A stretch of 64,000 bases of DNA, taken from the NCBI GenBank assembly GCA_025055075.1, contig JANWYV010000022.1, positions 3,120-67,119 on the forward strand, written 5' to 3'. The position numbers and the translations under genes were made by a program. Below are positions 17,169 through 25,879 of this stretch, piece by piece (the first letter of the stretch is position 1; the number at the start of each line of letters is the position of its first letter). The notes under the pieces are model-generated. The model searched no databases, was not told where the DNA came from, and saw nothing but the letters and a program-made list of their open reading frames with translations. The DNA is from Blastocatellia bacterium. Lineage in GTDB: Bacteria > Acidobacteriota > Blastocatellia > HR10.

Positions 17169-20100
17169 TCATCGGATGGTGAGAGTGAGCTCATAGGTGA
17201 AAGTCGGGCCGCCGCGGCCTTGGGCTTCGGTGAGGCGCACGAAATAGCGTCCGAAAAGGGGCAGGGTGACGAAAGTCAGCGAAGGATCGCGCGTATCTGA
17301 GGCGACGCTCTCTGCGAGCTTCACCATCCCGAAGAAAAGCTCGAGCTTGAGCGTCGCTGGAGAAGGAGGCGTGAGCGTCTTCGCTCTGACCGTGATCGTC
17401 ACCACATCACTGCGCTCGCTGTCGAAGAAGAAAACGTCTGCGTCTCCGGCGGGATTGATCGTCCCCGTGATCGGCGTCTCTGGTGGGAGTTGATTCGCTT
17501 GTGCGAATTCATTATTGGGCTCCGTCTCCTGCGGGCGTGCGGCGCCCGTGAGCGTCACCGTAGCTCGGTAGATATAGTTCGGCCCGCCCTTCCCGTCGAA
17601 GCTGCGCACGCGGAAGAAATAGCGACCGTCAGCGGGAATCGTGAAGCTGAGCCGCGAATCGGTCGAACCTTCGGCATCATCGTTCTCGGCCAATTGCTGG
17701 CCGCGACTGTCAAAGAGCGTGACGACCGTATCCAAAGGCGAAGGCGGCATGAGCGAGCGCGCGTCCAGATCAATGACGAGCTGTTGGCCGCGTCTGGCTT
17801 CGAAGGCGAAGAAGTCCACGTCGCCCGCTGGGTTGATCGTCCCGCTTACGGTCACATTCGGCGTGATCGCATTCGCCTGAGTCAGCGAATTATTCGGCTC
17901 CGATTCCATCGCCATGCCGGGAGGAGGGGGAGCGGCTCCCGTCAGCGTGACGAGCGCCTCATACGTGTAAGAGGGACCGCCTTTCGGGCTGAAGTTGCGG
18001 ATGCGCACGAAGTACTGCCCCGAACGGGGGATTTCAAATGTGAGGAGCGAGTCGAGCGCGCCTTCGGCGTCATCGTTCTCCGCGAGCTGTTGCCCGTTGC
18101 TATCGAAGAGCGTGACAATGGTATCCGCCTCGGACGGCGGCGTGAGCGAGCGCGCATTGATATCCACCGTCAGGCGCTGACCGGGATTGGCCGTGAATGA
18201 GAAGAAGTCCACGTCGCCAGCTGGATCAAGCCTTCCCACGATGAGGACATCGGGCGTGATCGCCTGAGCTTGGGCGAAGGCGTTATTGGGTTCGGATTCG
18301 TTCACTCGCGCGGGCGCGCCTCCAGTGAGGGTGACGGAAGCTTCGTAGGTGAAGTCTCGTCCGCCTTTGTTCCCGAAGTCCCGGATGCTGAAGACATAGC
18401 GTCCGGCGGCGGTGAACGTGAACTCGAGCAGAGAATCGAGCTGTCCGGGCGCGCGATCATCGTTCTCGGCCAGTTTTCGCCCGCTGCTGTCGAAAAGCGC
18501 GACGATCGTATCAGCCGCCGAAGGAGGAGTGAGCCGCTTGGCCGCGACATCAATCCGCACGCGTTGTCCGGCGCTCGCTTGGAAGGCGAAGAAGTCCACG
18601 TCGCCCTGAGGATCGAGCACGCCGCGGATCGTTACATTCGGTGTGATCGGATTCGCTTGCGCGACGGAATTATTCGGCTCGGCTTCAGTGAAGCGACCGG
18701 GGGGAACGCCGCCCGTGAGGGCCACGCGCACTCGATAGGCGAAGTTCGGCCCGCCACGTTGCGAGAAATCGCGAATGCGAAAGATGTATCGGCCTGCTGC
18801 GGGCACGGTGAAGCGTAAGAGCGAATCCCGCGTGTCCGAGGATTCGTCGTCGTTCTCGGCCAATTGTCGCCCGCTGCTGTCGTAGAGCGTGACGACCGTA
18901 TCAGCCGGAGATTTCGGCGTGAGCGATTGCGCATCCACGTCAATGATCACCTGCTGTCCGGCACTGGCTTCGAAGGCGAAGAAATCCACGTCATTGGCTG
19001 GATCCAAGGTGCCCACAATGGTGGTATCGGGGACGATCGAATTCGCCGTCGCGAGCGTGTTGTTCGGCTCCGTCTCGTTCACCATTCCTTCGCTCATCCT
19101 CTCAACAGCAGACGTCGCCGATGTGGAGAACGGCGCGCTCGTGCTGCTGAAGCGGAAGGTGAACGCGAGCGTGGCGTCTTGCGGCCGAGGGACCGGCCCC
19201 CCAGCGCTCGTGATCGCGATGAGGTAAGTCGTTGCTGCTCTCACGTTCACTGTGAGCTGAGAAGTGGCCAGGAAGCCCCAATCGTCGTTGCAGGCGATCT
19301 CCCGGAGCGCGGGGCATGAGCCCGTGTAGACGGCGATGGTCGTATCGTAGCTACTTCCGAGTGTGCTCAGCGTGATCGTCCCGTTGCTCGGAGGGGTGAA
19401 GCTATACCATACGCTTTGGCTGCCGCGCCTTCCTCCTGTGCAGGATTGCAGGGGGTCAGTCGCCACCGAGGTCGCCGTCCAGACGTTCACTCGATCCACG
19501 AACGATGTGCCAGAGATCGGTGTCGCCGAAGCGCAGTCGTCGTTCGACGGGCGCGCGACCGAAGTGTTCAAGATGATGTCCGCATTCTCGACGACCATCC
19601 CGGGGAAGACAGTGATGAGCGCGCGATCGTTCGGATCATCGCGATCAGATTCTCCAGGGCCACTGTAGAATTCGGGGGGCGCCGGCAAAGGGGAAGGGGG
19701 ATCCAACGGGCCGACACGTGAGGCATCAGTGAAGCGCGGATCAATAGGCTCGATCTCGACCGTATAGGTGCCGGGAGGAAGCCCTCGAAGCTCGTAGTAT
19801 CCGAACAGATCGGGATCGTCCGAGCCCACGTATCCCAGGCGAAACGATTTGTCCGACTTCGGAACGGTGCCAATGTAGCGGTATCCGGAGATAGTGGAGA
19901 CAGCCGTCAGTCGCGGATCATCCACTTTCCGCGCGATGACGTTCGCCCCCATGAAGCCATGGCCGTCGGCGTAGCGGATGCGTCCGCGGATCGTCCCGGT
20001 CGTCAGCCCGAAGTCGGGCGCGGGATAGAGGTTGGAGATCGCCACTCGATCATCGAGATGCAGCGTGGCCCACTCCTCGACGCGAAATTGCGCGGTGAAG

Positions 20101-20741
20101 AAGGGAAACATCGTGGGAACCGTGTGATCGTTGGTCGGGTCAGCGTCGAAGACGGCTTCCGAGTTGAGCTGGGAATGATCGAGGCCGAGGAAATGACCGA
20201 TCTCGTGGGTGAGGAAGCCGCGAAGCCGATCCGGCGTTGTGGCGAAGCGCCCGTTGATGAGGATGACGCCTTGGAGGATTTCAGCATCCGTCATTGTGAG
20301 TGGGGCGGCCCACGCTCCCAAACGAGTGCTGCTGCCCCGTCCAAGGAGAGCGTCCATGGCGCTCCCATCGGAATCCAGGATCACTGGGTTCGTGCAGAGG
20401 CGTTGCTCGGTGCACTGGCGGATGATCTCGTTCATGAAGGAGAGCACGTTCATGCCGGTCACATCTACGCTCGTGAGGCCGACCATTTGGAATCGAAGGC
20501 GCGCTGTAGGGACACTCGCCCAGGTCTCGAAGGCCGCTCTGACGAGCGCTGCGGCATCTGCGTGAGAGAGTGAGCCGAGCGACCCTTGATCGAGCGTGTA
20601 TGTGATCGGCCGCGTCGGGTTCCAGCGGAACGGCAGACCCCCTCGGGTAAAGGCTATGGGGCCGCCGGCCCAAAGGCGGAAGGAGTGAAAGGGCCCAAGG
20701 AGGACCATTGCGCTGAGGATGAGAGCGATTCGACGAGTCAT
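17169..20741 (-). CDS. Large secreted metzincin (matrixin-like) protease with a carboxypeptidase-regulatory-like domain and five tandem PPC-type repeats
   Basis: Signal peptide MTRRIAL...; HEIGHFLGLDH; Met-turn PTMFP; SNDDC/ACNDD domain; five E.EPNN...DVDFF...ENDD repeats; GGAGG RBS. Confidence 0.85.
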   Translation of the reverse strand: MTRRIALILSAMVLLGPFHSFRLWAGGPIAFTRGGLPFRWNPTRPITYTLDQGSLGSLSHADAAALVRAAFETWASVPTARLRFQMVGLTSVDVTGMNVLSFMNEIIRQCTEQRLCTNPVILDSDGSAMDALLGRGSSTRLGAWAAPLTMTDAEILQGVILINGRFATTPDRLRGFLTHEIGHFLGLDHSQLNSEAVFDADPTNDHTVPTMFPFFTAQFRVEEWATLHLDDRVAISNLYPAPDFGLTTGTIRGRIRYADGHGFMGANVIARKVDDPRLTAVSTISGYRYIGTVPKSDKSFRLGYVGSDDPDLFGYYELRGLPPGTYTVEIEPIDPRFTDASRVGPLDPPSPLPAPPEFYSGPGESDRDDPNDRALITVFPGMVVENADIILNTSVARPSNDDCASATPISGTSFVDRVNVWTATSVATDPLQSCTGGRRGSQSVWYSFTPPSNGTITLSTLGSSYDTTIAVYTGSCPALREIACNDDWGFLATSQLTVNVRAATTYLIAITSAGGPVPRPQDATLAFTFRFSSTSAPFSTSATSAVERMSEGMVNETEPNNTLATANSIVPDTTIVGTLDPANDVDFFAFEASAGQQVIIDVDAQSLTPKSPADTVVTLYDSSGRQLAENDDESSDTRDSLLRFTVPAAGRYIFRIRDFSQRGGPNFAYRVRVALTGGVPPGRFTEAEPNNSVAQANPITPNVTIRGVLDPQGDVDFFAFQASAGQRVRIDVAAKRLTPPSAADTIVALFDSSGRKLAENDDRAPGQLDSLLEFTFTAAGRYVFSIRDFGNKGGRDFTYEASVTLTGGAPARVNESEPNNAFAQAQAITPDVLIVGRLDPAGDVDFFSFTANPGQRLTVDINARSLTPPSEADTIVTLFDSNGQQLAENDDAEGALDSLLTFEIPRSGQYFVRIRNFSPKGGPSYTYEALVTLTGAAPPPPGMAMESEPNNSLTQANAITPNVTVSGTINPAGDVDFFAFEARRGQQLVIDLDARSLMPPSPLDTVVTLFDSRGQQLAENDDAEGSTDSRLSFTIPADGRYFFRVRSFDGKGGPNYIYRATVTLTGAARPQETEPNNEFAQANQLPPETPITGTINPAGDADVFFFDSERSDVVTITVRAKTLTPPSPATLKLELFFGMVKLAESVASDTRDPSLTFVTLPLFGRYFVRLTEAQGRGGPTFTYELTLTIR
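17172..19080 (-). repeat. Five intragenic domain repeats, period about 380-390 bp
   Basis: EPNN-coding units near 19076, 18686, 18299, 17906 and 17528; recurring DNA such as gaaggcgaagaagtccacgtc and cgttctcggcca. Confidence 0.85.
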
Positions 20742-20760
20742 GGCAAAAGGACCTCCATCA

Positions 20761-21336
20761 CTAGCGGGATGCGTTCGCCCCTCGCGCGATGAGTGCGGCG
20801 AGCACCTCATACTCGATGGGGCCATGCTCATGGCGACTGACGAGCGCCCGCTCGGCGGACGAGAGTGCCAAGCGGGCGGACGAGTCGTCGAAGAGCCCTC
20901 GGTTATCGAAGCCGTTGACAGCCATCCGTCGTTTCGTCTGCGGATCTCGGAAGAGGCGGAATTTCCCAGCCATTCCAGCAACGGGGCTGGTCAGGCCATA
21001 ACGGCTCTTCGGATAGAGGAAGAGCATGACCTCCTCGCCTTCCCGATAGCTGGGCAAATGAAATGGACGAAAGGTCTTCGAACCGCCGATCTGGAGGAAC
21101 GTGAACGAATCTCCCTCGAGGCTCCCTTTGAACGCGCGCTCGACGGCGAGCGTGACGCGCGTGATGGTCAGGAAGGGATATTGTGGGTGTGGTTCTTCGC
21201 GAACCTTGAGAACACGTCCGACGAGGATCGTGCCCGCGCTCTCGACCAGCTCCGCAAGCGTCGCCGGGGCGTGTTGGGCTCGCGCTGAGGGCGCGAGGCA
21301 TCCCAGGAGAAGAAGAACGATGAGAGCGCGTCTCAT
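20761..21336 (-). CDS. Secreted protein resembling the N-terminal pro/TIMP-like domain usually fused to bacterial matrixin proteases
   Basis: Signal peptide MRRALIV...ARA; LAELVESAGTILVGRV...TRVTLAVERAFKG...GG...PSYREGEEVMLFL; ends 19 bp before the protease start. Confidence 0.65.
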   Translation of the reverse strand: MRRALIVLLLLGCLAPSARAQHAPATLAELVESAGTILVGRVLKVREEPHPQYPFLTITRVTLAVERAFKGSLEGDSFTFLQIGGSKTFRPFHLPSYREGEEVMLFLYPKSRYGLTSPVAGMAGKFRLFRDPQTKRRMAVNGFDNRGLFDDSSARLALSSAERALVSRHEHGPIEYEVLAALIARGANASR

Positions 21337-21550
21337 GACCTTTCCTCCCATGCAAAGATTGTCGCGCGTGGCGCGCCGGTGCGTGAAAGTTTCATTTTGC
21401 CCACGGATTCGCTTCATCGTAGTGATCATCTCCCCCATTTTCGACCGACATCGTAGACCAGGCATCGAGCGTCGGCAAGAGGGGCAAGTAATGGCACGGC
21501 GAGCGCGGCCGCTTGCGTGGCATCGGGAGTGACTTTTATGATCAAGGGCG

Positions 21551-22066
21551 ATGGAGCCGGATGTCTCCTCCAAACGAAGCTTCGGGCGCGTGCGCGAGCG
21601 AGCGCAGGCGATCGAACGCGAGATCGAGGAAGAATTCCCGGAGTGGCCCCGTTGGAAGCAGCGCGCGCGGCGGTGGGGGATGATTGGTCTCGTGCTCGTC
21701 CTGATGGGGATCGCATTCGGTGAGCTTCTCGATTGGCTCGAGCGCCGAGAGGAGATACGACGCCAGCGAGAGCGTGGGCGGGTCATCCAACTCATCAGTC
21801 CGGTGAGCGAAGTGCGCGAGGAGATCATCGAGTTCGTCTGGCGGCCGTCACCGCTTGTTGATCGCTATGTCGTCGAGGTGAGCGATGTGAGCTATCGGCT
21901 GATTTGGCGGAGTCCGCCAGTGAAAGAGGTCGAGCTGCGACTGCCCGAGGCCGTGCGTCGGCAATTGCATCGCGGCGAACGTTATCTCTGGCAGGTGCGG
22001 GGCTTCGATGCGAGCGAGAACGAGGTGGCCAGCTCACCATTTGAGGAGATTCTCATCGTGCGATGA
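21551..22066 (+). CDS. Single-pass membrane protein with a C-terminal beta-sandwich
   Basis: TM segment WGMIGLVLVLMGIAFG; LISP...FVW.P....RYVVEV...GERYLWQVRG (Fn3-like). Confidence 0.6.
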   Translation: MEPDVSSKRSFGRVRERAQAIEREIEEEFPEWPRWKQRARRWGMIGLVLVLMGIAFGELLDWLERREEIRRQRERGRVIQLISPVSEVREEIIEFVWRPSPLVDRYVVEVSDVSYRLIWRSPPVKEVELRLPEAVRRQLHRGERYLWQVRGFDASENEVASSPFEEILIVR

Positions 22067-22195
22067 GGCGTGTCAGCGGACGATCCATCACGGCCGCGTT
22101 CTCCGATCGGTTCGCCAGTAGATAAAGAGGCATTCCCTCTGGTACCATTTCCCTCTTGAGTGAACGGCGTCTGGTGCGCTCGAGGGGAAGGGGAT

Positions 22196-22801
22196 ATGTG
22201 GAAGAAAGGCGGCGTGGCTCTAGCGCTTGTTGGAGCGTTCCTGATGGGCGCGTGGGCGCGCGGGGAGCTTTCGCCTGGCGAAGCGCGCCGCTTAATCGCG
22301 ACGGTCGGGGGGATTCAACTCCCCAAGGAAAACGTGCACGTTCGTCGGATTGATCGCCTAGGCGGGCGCGATGCCGTCGTCGAAGCGTTTGTCCTGACGG
22401 CCTTCAAATTCACGCGGCGGGACAACGAGTGGGAGGTCACCGAAGTGCGCGTCGGCGATCGGCAATGGGAGAGCGTTGAGCTGGTGACGACGGCTGTGCG
22501 CGCGGAGAAGACGCGACGCACGATCGCCGACTTGCGCGAGGTGGCGGCCGCCGTCGAGGCCTTCCGCAAGGAGCGCGGCTTTTACCCCTCGGTCGCCGAT
22601 TTCGTCGCCCTCGTGGATCAGCTCACGCCGACCTATCTCAAGCGGGTGATTCGCGAGGATTGGTGGCACCGCCCGTTCCTCTACGCGGTCACGGCGAGAG
22701 GCTATCGGTTGGAATCCCTCGGGCCGGATGGCAAACCGGGCACGGGCGATGAGATCATCCTGGAGAACGGAGAACTCGTCGCGCCGCGTCCCGTATTGTG
22801 A
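22196..22801 (+). CDS. Exported protein with a C-terminal GspG-like (T2SS pseudopilin) domain
   Basis: AVEAFRKERGFYP...DWWHRPFLY...LESLGPDGKPGTGDEI; upstream extended -10 TGGTACCAT at 22140. Confidence 0.7.
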   Translation: MWKKGGVALALVGAFLMGAWARGELSPGEARRLIATVGGIQLPKENVHVRRIDRLGGRDAVVEAFVLTAFKFTRRDNEWEVTEVRVGDRQWESVELVTTAVRAEKTRRTIADLREVAAAVEAFRKERGFYPSVADFVALVDQLTPTYLKRVIREDWWHRPFLYAVTARGYRLESLGPDGKPGTGDEIILENGELVAPRPVL

Positions 22802-22813
22802 GGGGAGCAAGGA

Positions 22814-23287
22814 ATGGACGAGCGGACGTCTTTCGAGATGCGCCATCGGCTTGCGGTGTTTCTGCATCTGGCCATGGTGTCCAGTGGGCTCGTCGCGTTT
22901 TTGGTGAGTTATCTCTTCAGCCAGACGATGGGCGTTTCGATCGCCTCGGCCGCTGAGCATAGGGCGCTCCGGCAAGCGCTCTATGGCGCCGCCTTCGTCA
23001 TGAGCATTGGGGTGATCGTGCTGCGTCGTTGGCTGTTCGGCATCGGGCGCGTAGGGCGCGTGGCGCAGCGACACGGGATCGTGGGCGTCATCGAGCATCT
23101 GCTGAAGTCGACGATCATCTTGGGGGCGATCAGCGAATCGGTGGTACTTGTGGGGTTCGTGTTGAGCATGCTCACGCGCGTGTTCGAAGACATGTGGCGC
23201 TTGGGAGGGATCGGCATGGTCCTCCTGCTGTACACGTACCCCTGGCGCTCGATGTGGGCTCGCGCCATCGAGCGCGCACAGCCATAG
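22814..23287 (+). CDS. Four-TM hypothetical membrane protein
   Basis: Four hydrophobic segments; RBS; operon spacing. Confidence 0.7.
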   Translation: MDERTSFEMRHRLAVFLHLAMVSSGLVAFLVSYLFSQTMGVSIASAAEHRALRQALYGAAFVMSIGVIVLRRWLFGIGRVGRVAQRHGIVGVIEHLLKSTIILGAISESVVLVGFVLSMLTRVFEDMWRLGGIGMVLLLYTYPWRSMWARAIERAQP

Positions 23288-23297
23288 GGAGGCGAAG

Positions 23298-25322
23298 ATG
23301 CGCGAAGTCGGAAAACGAGCGCGGATTCTCATAAGCACATTCGGCGTTTTGCTTCTGCTGGGAAACGAAGCGCCAGCGGGAGCACCGGTGATTCTCCAAA
23401 GGAGGCCGGAGGCATCGGCGGAACGACGCGAGGAGCCCAAACGCAAGCCGCGGGTCGAAGCATTGTTGATCTATGGCGAAGCGATGCGAGCGGCCATGCG
23501 GGGCGATTATATTCGCGCCCTGGAGTTGTTTCGGAAAGTGGCTGCGCTCGATCCCACAGCTCCTCAGCCGCACGTCGCCATGGCGGAGCTGTATTATCAG
23601 CTTCGGAATTTCGCCCAGGCGCAACGCGAGGCGGAAGCGGCGTTGAAGCTCGATCCGAAGGAGATCGGCGCGCACCGTATTTTGGGACGCCTCCTTCGCG
23701 AAGAAGCGCTCACGGCGCGGGATCGGGAGAAAGCCCGTCGCGCGATCGAGGCCTTCCGGAAGGTCGTGGTCGAGGACGATTTGGACGTCGAAGCGTGGCA
23801 ATCGCTCGCGCAACTCTATGCGTTTTTGGAAGACACGGATGGGTTGAAGGAGGCTCTCGAGCGATGGACCGGGAGTGATCCGACGGCTGACGAAGCATTC
23901 TACCGATTGGCGTTGATCTATTTCGATCGGCGGCAGTATCGGCAAGCTGCCGAGAATGCGGCGCGCGCGCTAATGAATCAGCCGGAATCTGAGTACGCCA
24001 TCTTGCTGGCGAAATCGCTCCTCTATCAGGGGCACACGACCGAGGCGCTTCAGGCGTATCGCGAGGCGCTCGAGCGCGACCCGAGCAATAGTGAGCTGCG
24101 AATCAACTATGCCGAGGCCCTCATCTTCTCCGGGAAGTACGACGAGGCCATCGAGATCCTGCGGCGCATTCTGACCGAACAGCCGCGGAACTTAGAGGCT
24201 TTGCGCTTGACGGCGCAAGCCCATCGCCGCGCGGGGCGTCGCGCCGAGGCCATCCAGACGTTGAAGAACGCGCTCAGGGAGAGCCCTCCGGGTGAGGGGC
24301 TGAACGTGCGCTTTGTGCTCGCGCAGACATACGAGGAGATCGGGCAGGTGGATGAGGCGATTGCGACTTACGAGGAGATCCTCAAGGCCTTGCTCGCCCC
24401 CGATGGGACAGCGCCCGAGCGCCATCGCGAGGCTATCGAGATGGTGCTGACAAACATGGCGCTCGCCTATCGGCAGGCGGGACGACGCGAGGATGCTTTT
24501 CGCGTGTTCGAGCGCATGCGGCGCGTATTGGGGGAGAAGAATCCGCGAGCGGACCTCTTGATCGTGGACACCTTCCGCGAGGAGCGGAATTTCGAGGCTA
24601 TGCTCGCGCATGCGCAGGAGGCGGCCGCGCGATATCCCGAGGAGCGTCGCTTTCGACTCCTGCAGGCACAAGCCCTCGGACGCTTGGGGCGCGTGGACGA
24701 AGCGCTGCGGCTACTCGATGGCTTGCTCACCGGACTCAGCGAGGACATCGAAGTGCTCTCGATGAAAGCCCTCGTGCTCAGCGATGCCGAACGCTACGCG
24801 GAAGCCGAGGCCGTGGTGCGGGAGGCTCTGCAGCGCGATCCCCGCAATAATGGGTTGCTCATCCAATTGAGCCTGATTCAGGAGCGATTGGGGCGCTTCG
24901 CCGAAGCCGAGGCGACGCTGCGGCAGGTGCTCGAACGCGATGCCGATAATGCGACGGCCCTCAACAACCTCGGCTATTACTTGGCGGAGCGAGGGGAACG
25001 GTTGGAGGAAGCCCTGGAGCTGATCCGTCGTGCGGTGAACATTGAGCCGAATAACGGTGCGTTCTTGGACAGCCTCGGGTGGGTTTACTTCCAGATGGGG
25101 AATCTGGACGAAGCCGAACGGTATCTCGAGCAAGCCGTGCTCTATCAACCGCGCGATGCCACGATCCACGAGCATCTGGGAGATCTCCATCAGCGTCGGG
25201 GCCGGCTCGAGCAAGCGCTTCAGGCCTACGAGCGCGCGCTGCAGTTGGCGACCGAGTCGCGCGAGCGCGAGCGCATCCATCAGAAGTTGGAGAAACTGCG
25301 CCAAGCGATGGGACGGAAATAA
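23298..25322 (+). CDS. Exported tetratricopeptide repeat protein
   Basis: Multiple TPRs; C-terminal ALNNLGY.LA...FLDSLGWVYF...IHEHLGD signature. Confidence 0.9.
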   Translation: MREVGKRARILISTFGVLLLLGNEAPAGAPVILQRRPEASAERREEPKRKPRVEALLIYGEAMRAAMRGDYIRALELFRKVAALDPTAPQPHVAMAELYYQLRNFAQAQREAEAALKLDPKEIGAHRILGRLLREEALTARDREKARRAIEAFRKVVVEDDLDVEAWQSLAQLYAFLEDTDGLKEALERWTGSDPTADEAFYRLALIYFDRRQYRQAAENAARALMNQPESEYAILLAKSLLYQGHTTEALQAYREALERDPSNSELRINYAEALIFSGKYDEAIEILRRILTEQPRNLEALRLTAQAHRRAGRRAEAIQTLKNALRESPPGEGLNVRFVLAQTYEEIGQVDEAIATYEEILKALLAPDGTAPERHREAIEMVLTNMALAYRQAGRREDAFRVFERMRRVLGEKNPRADLLIVDTFREERNFEAMLAHAQEAAARYPEERRFRLLQAQALGRLGRVDEALRLLDGLLTGLSEDIEVLSMKALVLSDAERYAEAEAVVREALQRDPRNNGLLIQLSLIQERLGRFAEAEATLRQVLERDADNATALNNLGYYLAERGERLEEALELIRRAVNIEPNNGAFLDSLGWVYFQMGNLDEAERYLEQAVLYQPRDATIHEHLGDLHQRRGRLEQALQAYERALQLATESRERERIHQKLEKLRQAMGRK

Positions 25323-25360
25323 GATGCCCTGAAATGCCGCCATCTGGGTCAGGAGAGCCG

Positions 25361-25879
25361 ATGAGACGGAGCCGCATCAACAGCCTCACGCTGGGCGTGG
25401 CCCTCATCAGCTTGACTCTCCTCGCGCATCCGCGGGCCAGGAGTGAGGGCGTCGGAGTGCCGCACGATTTCGTTCGATTCTCTCCGGCGCAACTGGAGAT
25501 GTGGATCTTCGAAGGGGTGAATCGAGAGCGCGCGCTGCGCCGTCTTCCTCTTCTTGAGTGGGATGCGCGGTTGGCCGAGGCCGCGCGTCGGCATAGCGAG
25601 GATATGGCGGCGCGCCGATTCTTCGGGCACATCACGCCCGAGGGGGAAGATCTCAGCATGCGCGTGCGGCAGATAGGCCTGACCCGTTACCGCGCGGTGG
25701 CGGAAAATATCGCCCTCAACTTCGACCCCATCTATCCCGTGGGCACGACGATCCATCAGTGGATGGTGAGTCCGTGGCATCGACGAAACCTCCTCGGACC
25801 GTTCCGATCTACGGGCGTCGGCGTGGCCATCGCGGCGACCGGAGCACACTACGTCACGCAAATTTTCCTGGATCCGTGA
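25361..25879 (+). CDS. CAP/SCP domain secreted protein
   Basis: VNRER, AARRHSEDM, FFGH, AENIA, WMVSPWHRRNLL, TGVGV, YVTQIF. Confidence 0.9.
   Translation: MRRSRINSLTLGVALISLTLLAHPRARSEGVGVPHDFVRFSPAQLEMWIFEGVNRERALRRLPLLEWDARLAEAARRHSEDMAARRFFGHITPEGEDLSMRVRQIGLTRYRAVAENIALNFDPIYPVGTTIHQWMVSPWHRRNLLGPFRSTGVGVAIAATGAHYVTQIFLDP

Noticed and set aside
17172..19080. Periodic DNA repeats considered as a CRISPR array or mobile repeat
   Set aside because: Period is about 385 bp, in frame and protein-coding; no short repeat-spacer pattern and no cas genes.
21482..21506. Sigma54 promoter (TGGCACG) upstream of 21551
   Set aside because: No TTGC at the required -12 spacing.
20742..21828. N-terminal extensions of the ORF-track calls 17169-20981 and 20761-21828, and a possible frameshift fusing the two genes
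   Set aside because: Internal ATGs at 20741 and 21336 each have an RBS and a signal peptide; the extensions look non-coding.
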